Below, piece by piece: positions 37,506-49,649 of a DNA stretch of 64,000 nt; position 1 is the stretch's first letter; each line of letters begins with the position of its first letter. Under the pieces are notes generated by a model that was not told where the DNA came from, made no database searches, and saw only the letters and a list, made by a program, of their open reading frames with translations. Location of the stretch: contig NC_057744.1 of the NCBI RefSeq assembly GCF_004010195.1, positions 8,980,416 through 9,044,415 of the forward strand, read 5' to 3'. Origin of the DNA: Chiloscyllium plagiosum (taxonomy: Eukaryota). The position numbers and the translations under genes are program-made.

Positions 37506-38710
37506 AGATACAGACCACCAGTCAACAACCCAGTTTCCTAATCTCACATGGGCGGCTAATGTCAGTGGATACACCTTCAGACACCATCACCAAGATGGCC
37601 CATAACTGATGGGAGCAATGGAGAACCTGGATGCTTGTATCTTCTGAGCTCGCTGGAGAAAATTGTCTTCCACACCATGGGACCATCTGCATGCCTGTAG
37701 GGTCCACTTTCACTGAGCATACTAAGGCTGGCATTAGGTTCCTCTGATTCACCTTTTCTCAACTCCCAGTTCACTCTCATCTTGTTACATGACACGATGA
37801 GCAAGCTGCGAATAAGGTGGACTCCATCTTTCCCTTTCCAATGTTCTGCATTCACACGTATGAGAGGTGTTGCCTTCCCAGCCATAGCCAGAAGAAGGGA
37901 AACAACACCATAGGCCTGAGAAGAAGGCTGCATCACTTAATCTGACCCTCACACTTTTAGCCAAACTCTCCTGTGTCTTTGAATGATCAGAGCAAGTGTC
38001 TCTGCGGCCCAATGCACTCTGAGAATGCAATGTGCACATCAGGTCAGCCAGTTTGATCATGATCTGGTAATTTCAAAAGCGGACTGTGATGCACTACCGC
38101 TGCATGCTCCAAACATGTTGGAATTTTCATACATAGTCAGTTCAACAAATCCTCGGCTCTTGCTATGAAACAGCAGGAACACTCTCAGTCACACCCATCA
38201 GTTCAAAATAACAGCCCCAAAAATATTTTTATAAAATGCTTGGCATCAATTTCAGAATTTCTGGTTTGGGGGCTCCCACTGCCTCGTCTTCACCATGGAC
38301 CTGCAATTCCCTTTACAAATCCATCTCCCACCAGGGTGGTCTCAGGGCTCTCCACTTCTTCATGGAACAAGAGCTTAACCATCCTCATTCACACCCATTC
38401 TCCTCTGCCTGGCCAAGCTCATCCTCACTTTAAATAACTTCTCCTTTAACTCCTCTCATGTGCTTCAGGTCAAAGACGTTGCCATAGGAACCCTCATTGC
38501 CCCAGCTATGCCTATCACTTTGTGGGATACGTGGAACATTCCTTGTTCCAATCCTACTGGGTCCTTCCCTGTATCTCTTTCTTTGGTGCATCAATGGCAT
38601 CATCGGTGCTGCTTCCCACGCTTTTCCGGAATTGGAAAAACTTATCAGTTTCACTTCCAGTTTCCATCTTACTCTCCCCTTCACCCTATCTGTCTCTGAC
38701 TCCTCCGTTC

Positions 38711-38950
38711 TGTAGTGACTGGAATAAGGTCAGCCAGATGGACCACATAGAATATGAGTTCTCTGACTGCGGCTATTAATCTGGTCCAATCAGGGAGCTC
38801 TGGCTATCGGATTAAGAACTGGAGTGTCAGATATCACTGACCCAACTCAGACAGCTGGCTCTTAGGGAATTGGATCAGTGAAAAGGACTCTCCCTATGAA
38901 AATAAAGGGGGTCTTGGTGATGGGGTACTGGCCTCTGTGGAGTTATCTCA
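38711..38950 (+). mobile_element. Putative solo LTR (~240 bp)
   Basis: Starts TGTAGTGA, ends TTATCTCA, contains CCAATCA and AATAAA, and interrupts Penelope sequence. No clean TSD is visible. Confidence 0.5.
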
Positions 38951-39464
38951 CCTTTGTTTCTTTGGCATCTGTGTTTCCAATTCTGTTAAATGGGCTCTCC
39001 TCCCCTCCAACCTATCACAACCACCTTCCATCTGCATCCACCCATCACCTTCCCAGCTACCTCCCCCCTCACCCCAAACATCAACTCTCCTACTCCTTGG
39101 ATGCTGCCTAACCTGATATGCTTTTCCAGTGCCACACTTTGACACCAATATCCATTACAAGCTCACTGACTCCCACAGTTACCTCAACCATACATTCTCA
39201 CACCCTCCTTCCTGTAAGTACTCTTATTGTATTCTCCCAGTTTCTCCATCTGTTCAATGATGCCGACTTCTACAAGGGGCACCTCTAAAATGCCCAGCTT
39301 CCCCCTCAACCAAGAGCTCCCCACCACCGTAGTTGACAGGGCCCTTAGCTGGGTCCAACACAACTCCCACACTTCAGCCCTCACCCCCTTTCTTCCATCC
39401 CCTAACTGCGATAGTGTCCCTGGTCCTCAGCTGTCATCCCACCAGTATCCTCTTCTTGGGTGCA

Positions 39465-39810
39465 TATAGAATCATAGAATCTCTACAGTGTGGAAACAGG
39501 CCCTTCAGCCCAAGAAGTCCACACCAATCCTCCAAACAGTATCCACCTAGACTCATTACCCTGCCCTATTGTCCTATACTTACTATACTATTGACCTAGT
39601 CTACACTTTCCTGAACACTATGGTCAATTTCCCATGGCCAATTCACCTGACCTGCACATCTTTTGGATTGTGGGAGGAAACCAGAGCACCTGGAGGAAAC
39701 CCATGCAGACACGGGAGAATGTCCAAACTCCACACAGTCGCCTGAGGTTGGAATTGTACCCAGGTCCCTGGCACTGTGAGGCAGCGGTGCAAACCACTGA
39801 GCCACCATGT
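39465..39810 (-). mobile_element. HE1-like SINE
   Basis: Same head, body and tail as the other copies, in reverse orientation. Confidence 0.85.
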
Positions 39811-40827
39811 TGCCCCAAGCCACCGTGCCACCCTGATCCACAGCCAGAGGATCACTAGCCACCATTTCTGCCACCTCCAGCGGGATGCTATCACCAGACA
39901 CATATTCCCCACCACTCCCTTGTCAGGCTTCGCAGGGACTGTGCTTTCCAGGACATCTTGGTCCTTTCCTCTTTCATTTGCAACATCTCCTCAGAGCCCC
40001 ACAATCATAGAAAGTGTAACATCTGCCTGTGCACTTCCTCTCTCCTCAGTACCCAAGGTCCCAGTTACACCTTCCAGGTGAAGTAGCGATTTACTCTTCA
40101 CTCAATCTAGCCCGCTCTAATCACTGCAAATAGGCTGATTCAGGCTTAGCCTGGAAGATTACTTTTTTTAATAAGGTAAATAAGGTAAGGGTTCCCTCTT
40201 CGTCATAACACTTTGGCGAGTGATCAGAGTGCAATAATTATCCATTCTGAGCTTGCCTTGAGAAGATGATAATGAGCGGTCTTCTTGAACGTTGCAGTCT
40301 TTAGAATGTAGGGACATCCAAAGTGCTATTATGGAGGACTGACAGGATTTTGACCCAGTGACAATTAAGGAACAGCAATATATTTCAAAGTCATGTTGCT
40401 GTCTGACTTGGAGGGGAACTTGCCTGTGATGGTTTTCCCATGTATCAGTTGACTTTGTCCTTCTAAATGGTAGAGTTTGCAAGTTTCAAAGAAGCCTTGA
40501 TAAGTTGCTACAGTGCATTTTGTAACTCCTGCTTTGCAACCCTCATGATTGGGGAATCAGCCCTCTTGCGTACATTCCTGTTTTAGATTACTGTTACAAC
40601 AATAGGGTAACTTCTATTGATACACTGACTTTAAATTGGTAAAACATCACAAACTGGTTCACAGGATGACGCTCAAACAACATTTGATACTGTAACATGT
40701 TAGAAGATATTGGGACATGCGATTAAAATCATGGCCAAAAAAGTAACTTAACAGTGAAGAAAGAAATAGAATCATCAGCTGAAGATAGTTTCTTCATAAT
40801 TAAAAATGCTAGTAGCTAAATACTCAC

Positions 40828-40981
40828 TTTGCGAATTTACTCATCTCAGTCTGTGACAGAATATCAGAAACAGCTCTGGTTATGTCAGTCCCTTGTTTTA
40901 ACAAGTAATCAATGGATTGTTGCGTGTGTACAGATTTGTTCGATTTGGATTCATCCTGTGGGATAACACCACCCTGAGTTC
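40828..40981 (-). CDS. Apolipoprotein-like gene 2, exon 3 (154 nt)
   Basis: Acceptor ctttctttctatgttcctgcccag|GA and donor AA|gtgagt give phases 1 and 2. Translates as (G)TQGGVIPQDESKSNKSVHTQQSIDYLLKQGTDITRAVSDILSQTEMSKFA(K), resembling the ApoA-I pro-segment/QDE and the exon-3 block ending 'SELGKQL'. Confidence 0.9.
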
Positions 40982-41274
40982 CTGGGCAGGAACATAGAAA
41001 GAAAGACTACTTAGTATGGTTAATATTGTAAAGATTATGTGAATAGCTACCAGTGTAACGCTATTATTAATGTATGCATTTCTCCTCAGTGCCCTCTCCA
41101 GACAGGAATTGTCCTCAATGCAATATAGGTTGATGGATGCCTACAATTTGGGAAATGTTCTTGCGCCATGTCGATAAACACAATACCAGGCCACAAATCC
41201 AACAAGAGGTCCTTGCACTTCTGGCAACAGAATTAGAATTACTCAAATACAGGAGTACAGTGAAAAGTGTACAA

Positions 41275-41605
41275 TCATAGAATCTCGATCGTGTGGAAGC
41301 TGGCCATTCAGCCCATGCCAACCCTTCAAAGGGCATCCCACCTTGGCCCACCTCCTTACCCAATCCCTGTAACCCTGCTTGTTCCACCTAGTCTACACAT
41401 CCCTGAGCACTGAGGGCAATTTCCCATGGCCAATCCACCTTCCCTGCACATCTTTGGACTGCAGGAGGAAACCAGAGCACCCAGAGGAAACCATGCAGAC
41501 ACTGGGAGAATGTGCAAACTCCACACAGGCAGTCGCCTAAGGGTAGAATTGAACCCGGGTCTCTGGTGCTGTGAGGCAGCAGTGCTAACCATTGAGCCAC
41601 CATGA
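41275..41605 (-). mobile_element. HE1-like SINE
   Basis: Reverse copy with tRNA-like head ending at about 41605. Confidence 0.85.
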
Positions 41606-41755
41606 CGACTCATTCTCTTTTACAATGTTGCCATTCCCAGTGCCATCTTAAGTACAAACGTACTAGGTACAAAATCATAGGTACAAAATAGAAAAATAAG
41701 GAAATATAGTTAAATATTGGTAAAACAGATTGGTCAGAACAAGTGTTGTGTGCCA

Positions 41756-42012
41756 TGGAGCGCATGTACAGCGCATCATCCGCCGTCACTTCCGCCACCT
41801 CCAAACAGACCCCAGCACCAAGGATATATTTCCCTCCCCTCCCCTATCAGCTTTCCGTAGAGAACACTCCCTCCGCGACTCCCTTGTCAGATCCACACCC
41901 CCCACCGACCCAACCACCACTCCCGGCACCTTCCCTTGCAACCGCAGGAGGTGCAACACTTGCGCCCACACCTCCCCCCTCACTCCTCTCCAAGGCCCCA
42001 AAGGAAACTTCC
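41756..42012 (+). mobile_element. Penelope (Neptune-type) internal fragment flanked by a perfect 38-bp duplication
   Basis: Translation IIRRHFRHLQTDP..IFPSPPLSAFRR..SLRDSLV..GTFPCNRRRCNTC matches the Cys-rich linker before the GIY-YIG domain. Direct repeats lie at 41718-41755 and 42013-42050. Confidence 0.85.
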
Positions 42013-42964
42013 TGGTAAAACAGATTGGTCAGAACAAGTGTTGTGTGCCAAACTGTTATTCAGATATTTCCAACACTTATCTGAATAAATGAGCTTGTCC
42101 ACATTTCTAAATGCTCCACACACAACTTATTACTTGGAATCAGCCATCCTGCACACAGCAAGATCCCAAAAATGAGCAGAAAGAATGAAGACAGATGATC
42201 ATGTTGACACAGGAATGTTGGCCTGGGAAAGCTTGGAGCTTTTCTTATAGAAAGTGACCTGAGGTCTTGACACCATCAGATCAACCAAGATAGCAGTCTC
42301 AAGTCTCATTTAAATCACAAGGCTGTAATCAGTTCCTCATATCAGTGCCAATATTAATCTCATGGCAATTTATTCTGAAGATAGCCTTCAGTAAAGGAGA
42401 ACTGAAGACTCATATCAAAGAGATTTTGCTTTAATTATGGACAACTTCACAAATTAACCCTAATTTTAATAAAACACTGTGCTGTATTGTAATTATCACT
42501 GTATTATGATTGCTTATATTTAAAGACATCAAGCAATTTTACTGTATTAACTGGATCCATGGTCTGCATTCTGGTGACAACTAGAATGGACAATCTAATT
42601 CCAGTCTGACTGGGTCACATAATGGGTGACCTTGGTGCTTCTGATCCTAACGTGACCACTTCGAACTGATTTGATCAGAGGTGCCAGAGGTGTGTTGTGC
42701 CAGGCCCAAACTTAGTTCAACTTCAGTTCCTTCTACAGAAAGATCAGCCATTGAACTCATCCCTTTTATCATTGCAGTTGAAGTCATAGCCTCAATGGAA
42801 GTCACAGCCTGTTAGGAAGTGTGTTCCATTCACTTGTACTAATGTTCTTCACTTGGTGAAACCCATGGGTGCGGGTTAGAGGAAGCTACATTTTAAATCT
42901 GGAACATTCCATGCTGAGCTGGGTTTACTGAACAATGACCCAGAGTGAAGATATGGATATAAAT

Positions 42965-43590
42965 AGAGTGGCTACGAAGGCGTTTAGCATGCCTGCCTTC
43001 ATTGCTCAGACCGTTGAGTATAGTAGTTGGGACATCATGTTGAGATTGTACAAGACATTGGTGAGGCCTCTTCTGAAACACTGTGTCCAGTTGTGGTCAC
43101 CCAGTTATAGGAAGGATATTATTAAACTGGAGAGGGTTCAGAAGAGATTTATCAATATGTTGCCAGGAATGTTGCCAGGGCTGGATAGGCTGGGACTTTT
43201 TTTCACTGGAACAAAGAAGGTTGACAGGTGACCTTATAGAGGTTTATAACATCGTGAGGGGTGTAGATAAGGTGAATGGAAGGTGCCTTTTCCCTAGGAT
43301 GAGAGATTTCAAGACTACGGGGCAGATTTTTAAGGTGAGAGGAGAAAGGTTTAAAAAAGGAAATGAGGGGCAATTTTTTTACACAGAGACTGGTTCATGT
43401 GTAGAATGAACTACCAGCGGAAGCAATGGGTAAGGGTACAGTTACAATGTTTAAAAGATATTTAGATGAGTACATGAATAAGAAATGTTTGGAGCATATG
43501 GGCCAAGCACAGACCGTTTAGTTTGAGATTATGGTTGGCATGCACTGGGGCGATTTCCAAACTGTATGACTGTACAATTCTACTCTATGA
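42965..43590 (+). mobile_element. CR1 LINE 3' fragment
   Basis: LYKTLVRPLLKHCVQLWSP and GDLIEVYNI. Confidence 0.85.
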
Positions 43591-43768
43591 ATATTTGATC
43601 CCAGCAATAAGACCCCTCACTCCATTGCATACATTATAACTTACAGAATACAAGCTCCGCAGAATCTACAAACTGAAAATCCATCAGTATAGAATATTGC
43701 TGTACGTTATAGTTTTGTTTTCACTATTAGTTGAGTTTTGAGTAGTGTGAAGGATTTTTATTATATAC

Positions 43769-43811
43769 CTTTGATGATAAAGAGCACTGAAGCAACTGCG
43801 AGAATCTTCAT
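43769..43811 (-). CDS. Apolipoprotein-like gene 2, exon 2 coding part (signal peptide, 43 nt; whole exon 43769-43834)
   Basis: Acceptor tctctattaattgcag|, Kozak accATGA, translation MKILAVASVLFIIK(G), donor G|gtatat. It is paralogous to gene 1 exon 2, including the TTGAGAA in the 5'UTR. Confidence 0.88.
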
Positions 43812-44094
43812 GGTAGTGTCAAGTTCTCAAAACTCTGCAATTAATAGAGAGCTGGATGAATGAATGTAATCATACATTTAGAATGATATAAAGAAGAGAG
43901 GAATAATTACAAATTATGTAAAATAAACATAACATTAAATTACTAATGAAATCTATTGTTAGGTCTGTTAAGTGACAAAAGCAACCATTGGAGCCTGATA
44001 GATGATAAGGTGTTCCTAGATTCTGGGTAGTTAAATCCATCGATATCTTCCCCTGACATTCTATTCTTCCAATCTTTGCACACTGAGAGAGAAG

Positions 44095-44365
44095 GACACA
44101 CCCTCTCTGTCACACATACTCTCTCACACTTTCTCTTGCACCATCTCACTTTCTATCTTCCACACTCTCTCCTCAAATTCTCTCACCCTCACAAGTGCAA
44201 CATTTTTCCCTTTCCTTCAACCATAAATTCTCTCACCCTCACAAGTGCAACGTTTTTCCCTTTCCTTCAACCATGCACGCACACCCTCTCTCACACTCAC
44301 TTTCTCTCACACACTCTGTCTCTCCTTCGAACAGCCTCTCTCTCTCTCATTTGCACACACACCTA
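44095..44365. repeat. CT/CA low-complexity tract containing a 50-bp tandem duplication (44175-44224 / 44225-44274)
   Basis: AAATTCTCTCACCCTCACAAGTGCAACRTTTTTCCCTTTCCTTCAACCAT occurs twice, with one mismatch. Confidence 0.85.
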
Positions 44366-45104
44366 CGACCTTTCTCTTTTTGTCTGTCCAATTCATGAGT
44401 GTATCCCCTCACACCCTCCCCTTAGATCTGCCAGGACGGAATAGTTTCCTGCTGTGGATGTTTCACTCTACCCTGCCTAACACTGTAGTTGGCATCGCTG
44501 TGCACAGGTAACATTCCCAGCCATTGCCACCATCTTGTGCTCCTCCTGGGTCTGGCAGTTGCTGGAGGGCAGGAGCACGGTCACACATGGAGAGAGAATG
44601 GACCTTGTGGGAACTGGAGAAAATCTTCCAACAGACTCTTTCTCTCCCATGTTTGCTGCTGATTGGCTTATTCTCAGGAAATGATGTGGGCCTGCCATTG
44701 AACAAGCTACAAACATGTTTTCAAATCTACTCCCTTACCTGTTGTTACCACATGCCATGAACAAACCTCCTTGGGTCAGGTTGTGCCCCTGGACAGTTCA
44801 CATTCTTGCCCTTGGGCCAATTGTTGGGCAGGTCTGTTGTCACCAAACTTTAATAATGCCTTTTCTATTCACCCTTTTCTCTTTTCAGGCAATCACTTCC
44901 AAGTCCATCAAACTGTGGGACTTCCTCTTTCCCCAAGTCATTTCTTCTTCCTCCAATCAGAATACATCAGATATTGGATATCAGTATATCCAACCTTATA
45001 GAACTAGCCCCCAATTCTGAATTTAATTTTTTTAACCTTACTGTCACCCTCCATCAAAGTCTCAATTCAAAATATCTTACAAAGAATGTAATAGATGGAA
45101 TGAC

Positions 45105-45365
45105 ATAGATACAGAAAATAGGGCAGGAGTAGGCCATTCAACCCCTTCAGGCCCGCTCCACCATTCATTATGATCATGACAATCATCCAACTCAACCCAT
45201 TTTGTCCTAGATCCTTTGATCCATTTAGCCCCAAATGCTGTATCCAACTCCTGAAATCATACAATGATTTGGTCTCAATTGCTTTCTGTGGTAATGAATT
45301 CCATAGGCTCACCACTCTGTGGGTGAAGAAATTTCTTCTCATCTGAGTCTTAAATAGTTTACACT
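45105..45365 (-). mobile_element. CR1 LINE 3' fragment
   Basis: RRNFFTHRVVSLWNSLP on the minus strand. Confidence 0.8.
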
Positions 45366-46084
45366 GTATCCTCTTTCCTTTCAATGTTCCCCTTATCATA
45401 GTCTATGATAACTCTGTAAAAACCCCTCTCATACCTGATAATGACCTGTTTCATTGTCATCATTTTTTTCTAATTCACCTGTTCTGAGATGTTATCACAC
45501 ATCTCTAGAGCTGTTGGAACTTGAACCTGGGCTTCCTGGTTTAGAAATAGGGACATTACCACTGCATCACGAACGACCATCTGTATCACAGTCTAGAACG
45601 ACCCCTTTCATATTTGTGGCTCGTTGCTATCATGCAATAAACTACATCTTGTTTAAGAGGGGAGGCTCTACTTATTAGGCCATTGTTTGTTAGTTCACTA
45701 AAACAGTGGACCATTTGGCCTTGTAGATACCCATAAAGAAAGAGGATGTTGGCAGCTAATCTAAAGCTACATATGAAAAGATGAGGATTGACTGTACCTC
45801 CTCTGACACTAATGTGGTGAAATTATGTGTGTTTATTCTGTGATGTATTGATATTGGGTTGCCCATGTGCTTGTCAGCATCGCCTGACTGACTATAGTTT
45901 TTCTTGCTGAAGCTCCTGGATCCATACTTGATGCCCTGGTCCCAGCGTCTGTGGCCATTTCAGGGAAATTAATGGCCATGCACATTGTTTTGTGTTTGGA
46001 GTCACATATGGACCAGATTTGCTCGAGATGATAGATTGTCCACCCTCAAGAATAGTAATACCACAAGACCGTCAGGAGCTCAGG

Positions 46085-46420
46085 TAGGGTAAATGGACAA
46101 GATCGCTCCCCCGGGGTTGGGGAGTCCAAAACTAGATGGCGGGGTTTAAAGTGAGAGGGGAAAGATTTCAAAGGGATCTAAGGAGCAACTGTTTCACACA
46201 CAGGGTGGTGTGTGTATGGAATGAGCTGCCAGAGGAAATGGTGGAGGCTGGTACAATTGCAACATTTAAAAGGCATCTGGATGGGTACATGAATAGGAAA
46301 GGGTTTAGCAGGATGTGGGCCAAATGCTGGCAAATGGGACTAGATTTAGCTAGGATATCTAGTGGCATGGATGAGCTGGACCAAAGGGTCTGTTTTTGTG
46401 CTGTACATCTCTATGATTCT
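46085..46420 (+). mobile_element. CR1 LINE 3' fragment
   Basis: FTHRVVCVWNELPEE..FKRHLDGYM followed by the tail. Confidence 0.88.
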
Positions 46421-47499
46421 GTGTCCTGTGCTGCTCGTGTCTGATAGAAAATGTTATGCTCCAAATGAAATCACCACACCTTTTAAAAAAAGAACAGGCC
46501 AATAAAACACAGTAGTCATTTCAGAACTCTTGCATTTTTTTTGGAATGTTTCTTATTTTTATCCGTTTTGTCTATTTCCTTCAGTTGAAATTGAGTAAAT
46601 ATTGCTGACTTCTATACTGTGTGGACCTGAGTTTTAATCAAACTTATACTGATAACGTGGGAGCCTCTCTCTCTGTTAGCTGTTAGATTCTGTGTGAAGC
46701 AAGTGGGTTACTCAACACAATAGATGTTTTGAGAATTCATTCACAGGATGTGGGTGTCACTGGCTGGGCCCAGCATTTTGTTGTTTTTTTTTTAATTGCC
46801 CTTGTGACAGCGGTGGTGAGCTGCTTTCTTGATCAGCTGTAGCCCTTACTTCGAGGGGTAGAGACAACCACAGCACTGCAAGGGAAGAGCTGCGAGGAAT
46901 TTGTTCCAGCCATTGTGAGAGAATGGCAATCTTGTTCCAAGTCAGGATAGTTTGTGACTTAGAGGGGAACTTCCAGGTCCTACACCGCCTGTCCTTGTCA
47001 TTGTATCAAATAACCATCTCTGCAGTTATATCACTCTTAACCAATTTTATCATCTCATCCACTCATTTCCTTTGTCCCATGAACATTAATGTATGAAAAC
47101 AAAATTTGAAAACTGCGCTCTGTGCTAAAGTTAGTGGTTCAATGGATTTGAATGAAAAAGGTTTTTGAAAAGCTGTTAGATGTATTGAATTAATATGACA
47201 ATCCTTCAGGGTTCCTGCACAGTCTAACACTCTTGGATGTGCACAAGCATAGACTCAAGGAAGAAGCAGTAGAGAAATCTGAGTCCTAAAGAAGCATGGA
47301 ACAAGATGGTTAGAATGTTGGTTCCTTGATGATGGACCCTGTGAAATTCTAACAGGCTGATTTCAAGGTAATAAGAGTACGTATTCCTCAATCCTTCAAA
47401 CATTCTTCAAATAATATTGTGCCCAACAGCAACAAAATGCTGCCTTTTCACCTCTTGGAGAAAACAGTTCTCAATTAAATTTTCATATTCTATGACAAG

Positions 47500-47820
47500 G
47501 CTAATCCAGAAACCCAGATAATGTTGGGGAGACCCAAGCTCAAATCCCAACACAGCAGGTATGGAATTGAATCCAATAAAAATCTGAAAGTAAGAGTCTA
47601 ATGATGACCATAAATTCATTGTCAATTGCTGGAAAAACCATCTGATTCACTAATGTCCTTTAGGGAAGGAAACTGCCATCCTTACCTGGTCTGGCCTACA
47701 TGTGACTCCAGACCCACAGCAACATGGTTGATTCTTAACTGCACTCTGGGCAATTAGGGATGGGCAATAAATGCTGGCCTAACCGGTAACATCCTCATCC
47801 CATGAATGAATAAAAAAAAA
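47500..47820 (+). mobile_element. tRNA-derived SINE, second family
   Basis: Same body as 15895-16253, ending GAATGAATAAAAAAAAA. Confidence 0.78.
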
Positions 47821-48477
47821 ACGATAAACCAGTCCCAAGGTCAGAACTTTGTTTCTATTCCTGGGTCAGCTTTCACGCATAGGCATATTTGTCAGTTTCT
47901 CCACAGTCAGAAGGTTTGAGTCTATTAAAGTCTTTGGTAAATACGAGAAATAGGAACGTGGCTATTTGGCCCCTCAAGCCTATTCCACCAAATGTATCTT
48001 TGCAATAATCATGTTAAATTGATTGCAAAGGTCATTTGGTTCTTCGCTGGATACTAATTCTGAATGCGGAGAAATATAATTAATGTTTAAAGGTTGCTTC
48101 ATTTCAAGCCTATCATCAAAACATTTTACTTGTACTTGCTAACAATTTAAATTTTGCTGCATTACTTGTTTAAGAAAGCATTCAGTTTTGGATCAATGTG
48201 ATCTGGTGGATTGGCACCTTGTCCTTTTATATTTCAGCATAAATTCAGCTCAACTCAACCAGATATTAAAGGTGACATTTTCCCAATCTTTTGTTGCTCA
48301 CTACCACATTGGTAATTTAACCACAGAGCCATTTGGAAATGTGAACAAAATTGGATATGAAAGAAAACAGAGCTTTTCATTGAACTTATCAAAGAAGAAT
48401 AGATTCTTATAATTTTGGTAGTTTTCATGCACTACATTTTAAAGCTCTTGAAACATTAAAACAAAAGCATTCCTTAC

Positions 48478-48512
48478 CTGATTCAAGCTAGTCGTCTTGC
48501 TCACTGTATTAT
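48478..48512 (-). other. Putative non-coding exon 1 of apolipoprotein-like gene 2 (5' end estimated)
   Basis: Donor CAG|gtaagg at 48478/48477 lies 64 nt downstream of GTTAATAAA. Confidence 0.55.
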
Positions 48513-48541
48513 GCCCGCTTTGTAAACCACAAATGTTAAGA

Positions 48542-48630
48542 TTTATTAACTTGATGTCATCATAAGATCAAGGAGCAAGATTTTTGACCTTGACATGTTT
48601 GTGTTGAGCAAATATTAACAGAACAAAGTT
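48542..48630 (-). promoter_or_regulatory. Putative promoter of gene 2 (TATA-like GTTAATAAA, NR5A/ERR-type TCAAGGTCA, FOXA-like and HNF1 half-site)
   Basis: GTTAATAAA at 48542-48550, TCAAGGTCA at 48585-48593, TATTTGC at 48608-48614 and GTTAATATT at 48611-48619, all on the minus strand. Confidence 0.5.
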
Positions 48631-48699
48631 TCCTGTCAATGTCTGTTTAACCTAATCCATAAACTAGCTACCACTATGGCCAATTCTATCTGTGTCTGA

Positions 48700-49540
48700 C
48701 ATAGGAAGCATGGTTAATGAATTTGCAATTGATACCAAAATTGGAGGTATAGTGGACAGCAAAGGAGGTTACCTTGAGTAAAATGGAACCTTAAACAGAT
48801 GGGCGAATGGGCCAAGGAGTAGCAGATGGAGTTTGATTTAGATAAATGTGAGGCACTGCATTTTGGGAAAGCAAATCAAAACAGGACTAATACACTTAAT
48901 AGTAAGGTCCTGGGGAGTGTTGCTGAACAACAAGACCTTTGGGTGCAAGTGCATAGTTTCTTGAAAGTGGAGTCTCCAGTAGACAGGATAGTGAAGAATG
49001 CATTTGGCATGTTAGCCTTTATTGGTCAGTGAACTGAATACAGAGTTGAGAGGTCATGTTGCGACAGTACAGGACATTGGTTAGGCTACTTTTGGAATAC
49101 TGCATTCAATTCTGGTCTGCCAGCTATAGGAAAGGTCCTGTGAAACTTGACAGGGTTCAGAAAAGATTTACAAGGATTTTGCCATGGTTGGAGGATTTGA
49201 ATCATAGGGAGAGGCTGAATACACTGTGGCTATTTTCCCTAGAGTGTCAGAGGCTGAGGGGTGACCTTACAGAAGTTTATAAAATCATGAGGAGCATGGA
49301 TAGGGTGAATAGACAAGATGTTTTCCCAGGGTAAGGGAGTCTAAAATTAGAGGCCATAGGTTTAAGGTGAGAGGGGAAAGGGACCTAAGGGACAACATTT
49401 TCATGTTGAGGGTGGTATGTGTACAGGATGAGCCGGCTAAGTGCTGGCAAATAGGGCTAGATTAATTTAGGATATCTGCTCGGCATGAATGAGTTGGACC
49501 AAAGAGTCTGTTTCCATGCTGTACATCTCTATGGCTCTAT
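48700..49540 (+). mobile_element. CR1 LINE 3' part
   Basis: MEFDLDKCEALHFG, YRTLVRLLLEYCIQFW and the 3' tail. Confidence 0.88.
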
Positions 49541-49649
49541 AAAGTGGCCTATTCTTGAGCCAGAGAATTAAATCCATAGTTAGAGTGTTTGATTTGCAAA
49601 ACTCCTCAATAATAAAGATAGAACAGTCTAACAAGATAAATCACAGAAG

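Larger units (their letters stand above)
38280..40120 (+). mobile_element. Degenerate Penelope (Neptune-type) element, interrupted by an LTR-like piece, a pLTR piece and a SINE
   Basis: RT-like motifs (SLYKSISHQGGLRALHFF, QVKDVAIGT), CATTACAAGCTCACTGACTCCCACAGTTACCT, and a segment similar to the Neptune fragment at 41756. Confidence 0.65.

Noticed and set aside
44480-45000. Overlapping short ORFs, possibly a decayed LINE fragment
   Set aside because: No diagnostic motif could be assigned confidently.
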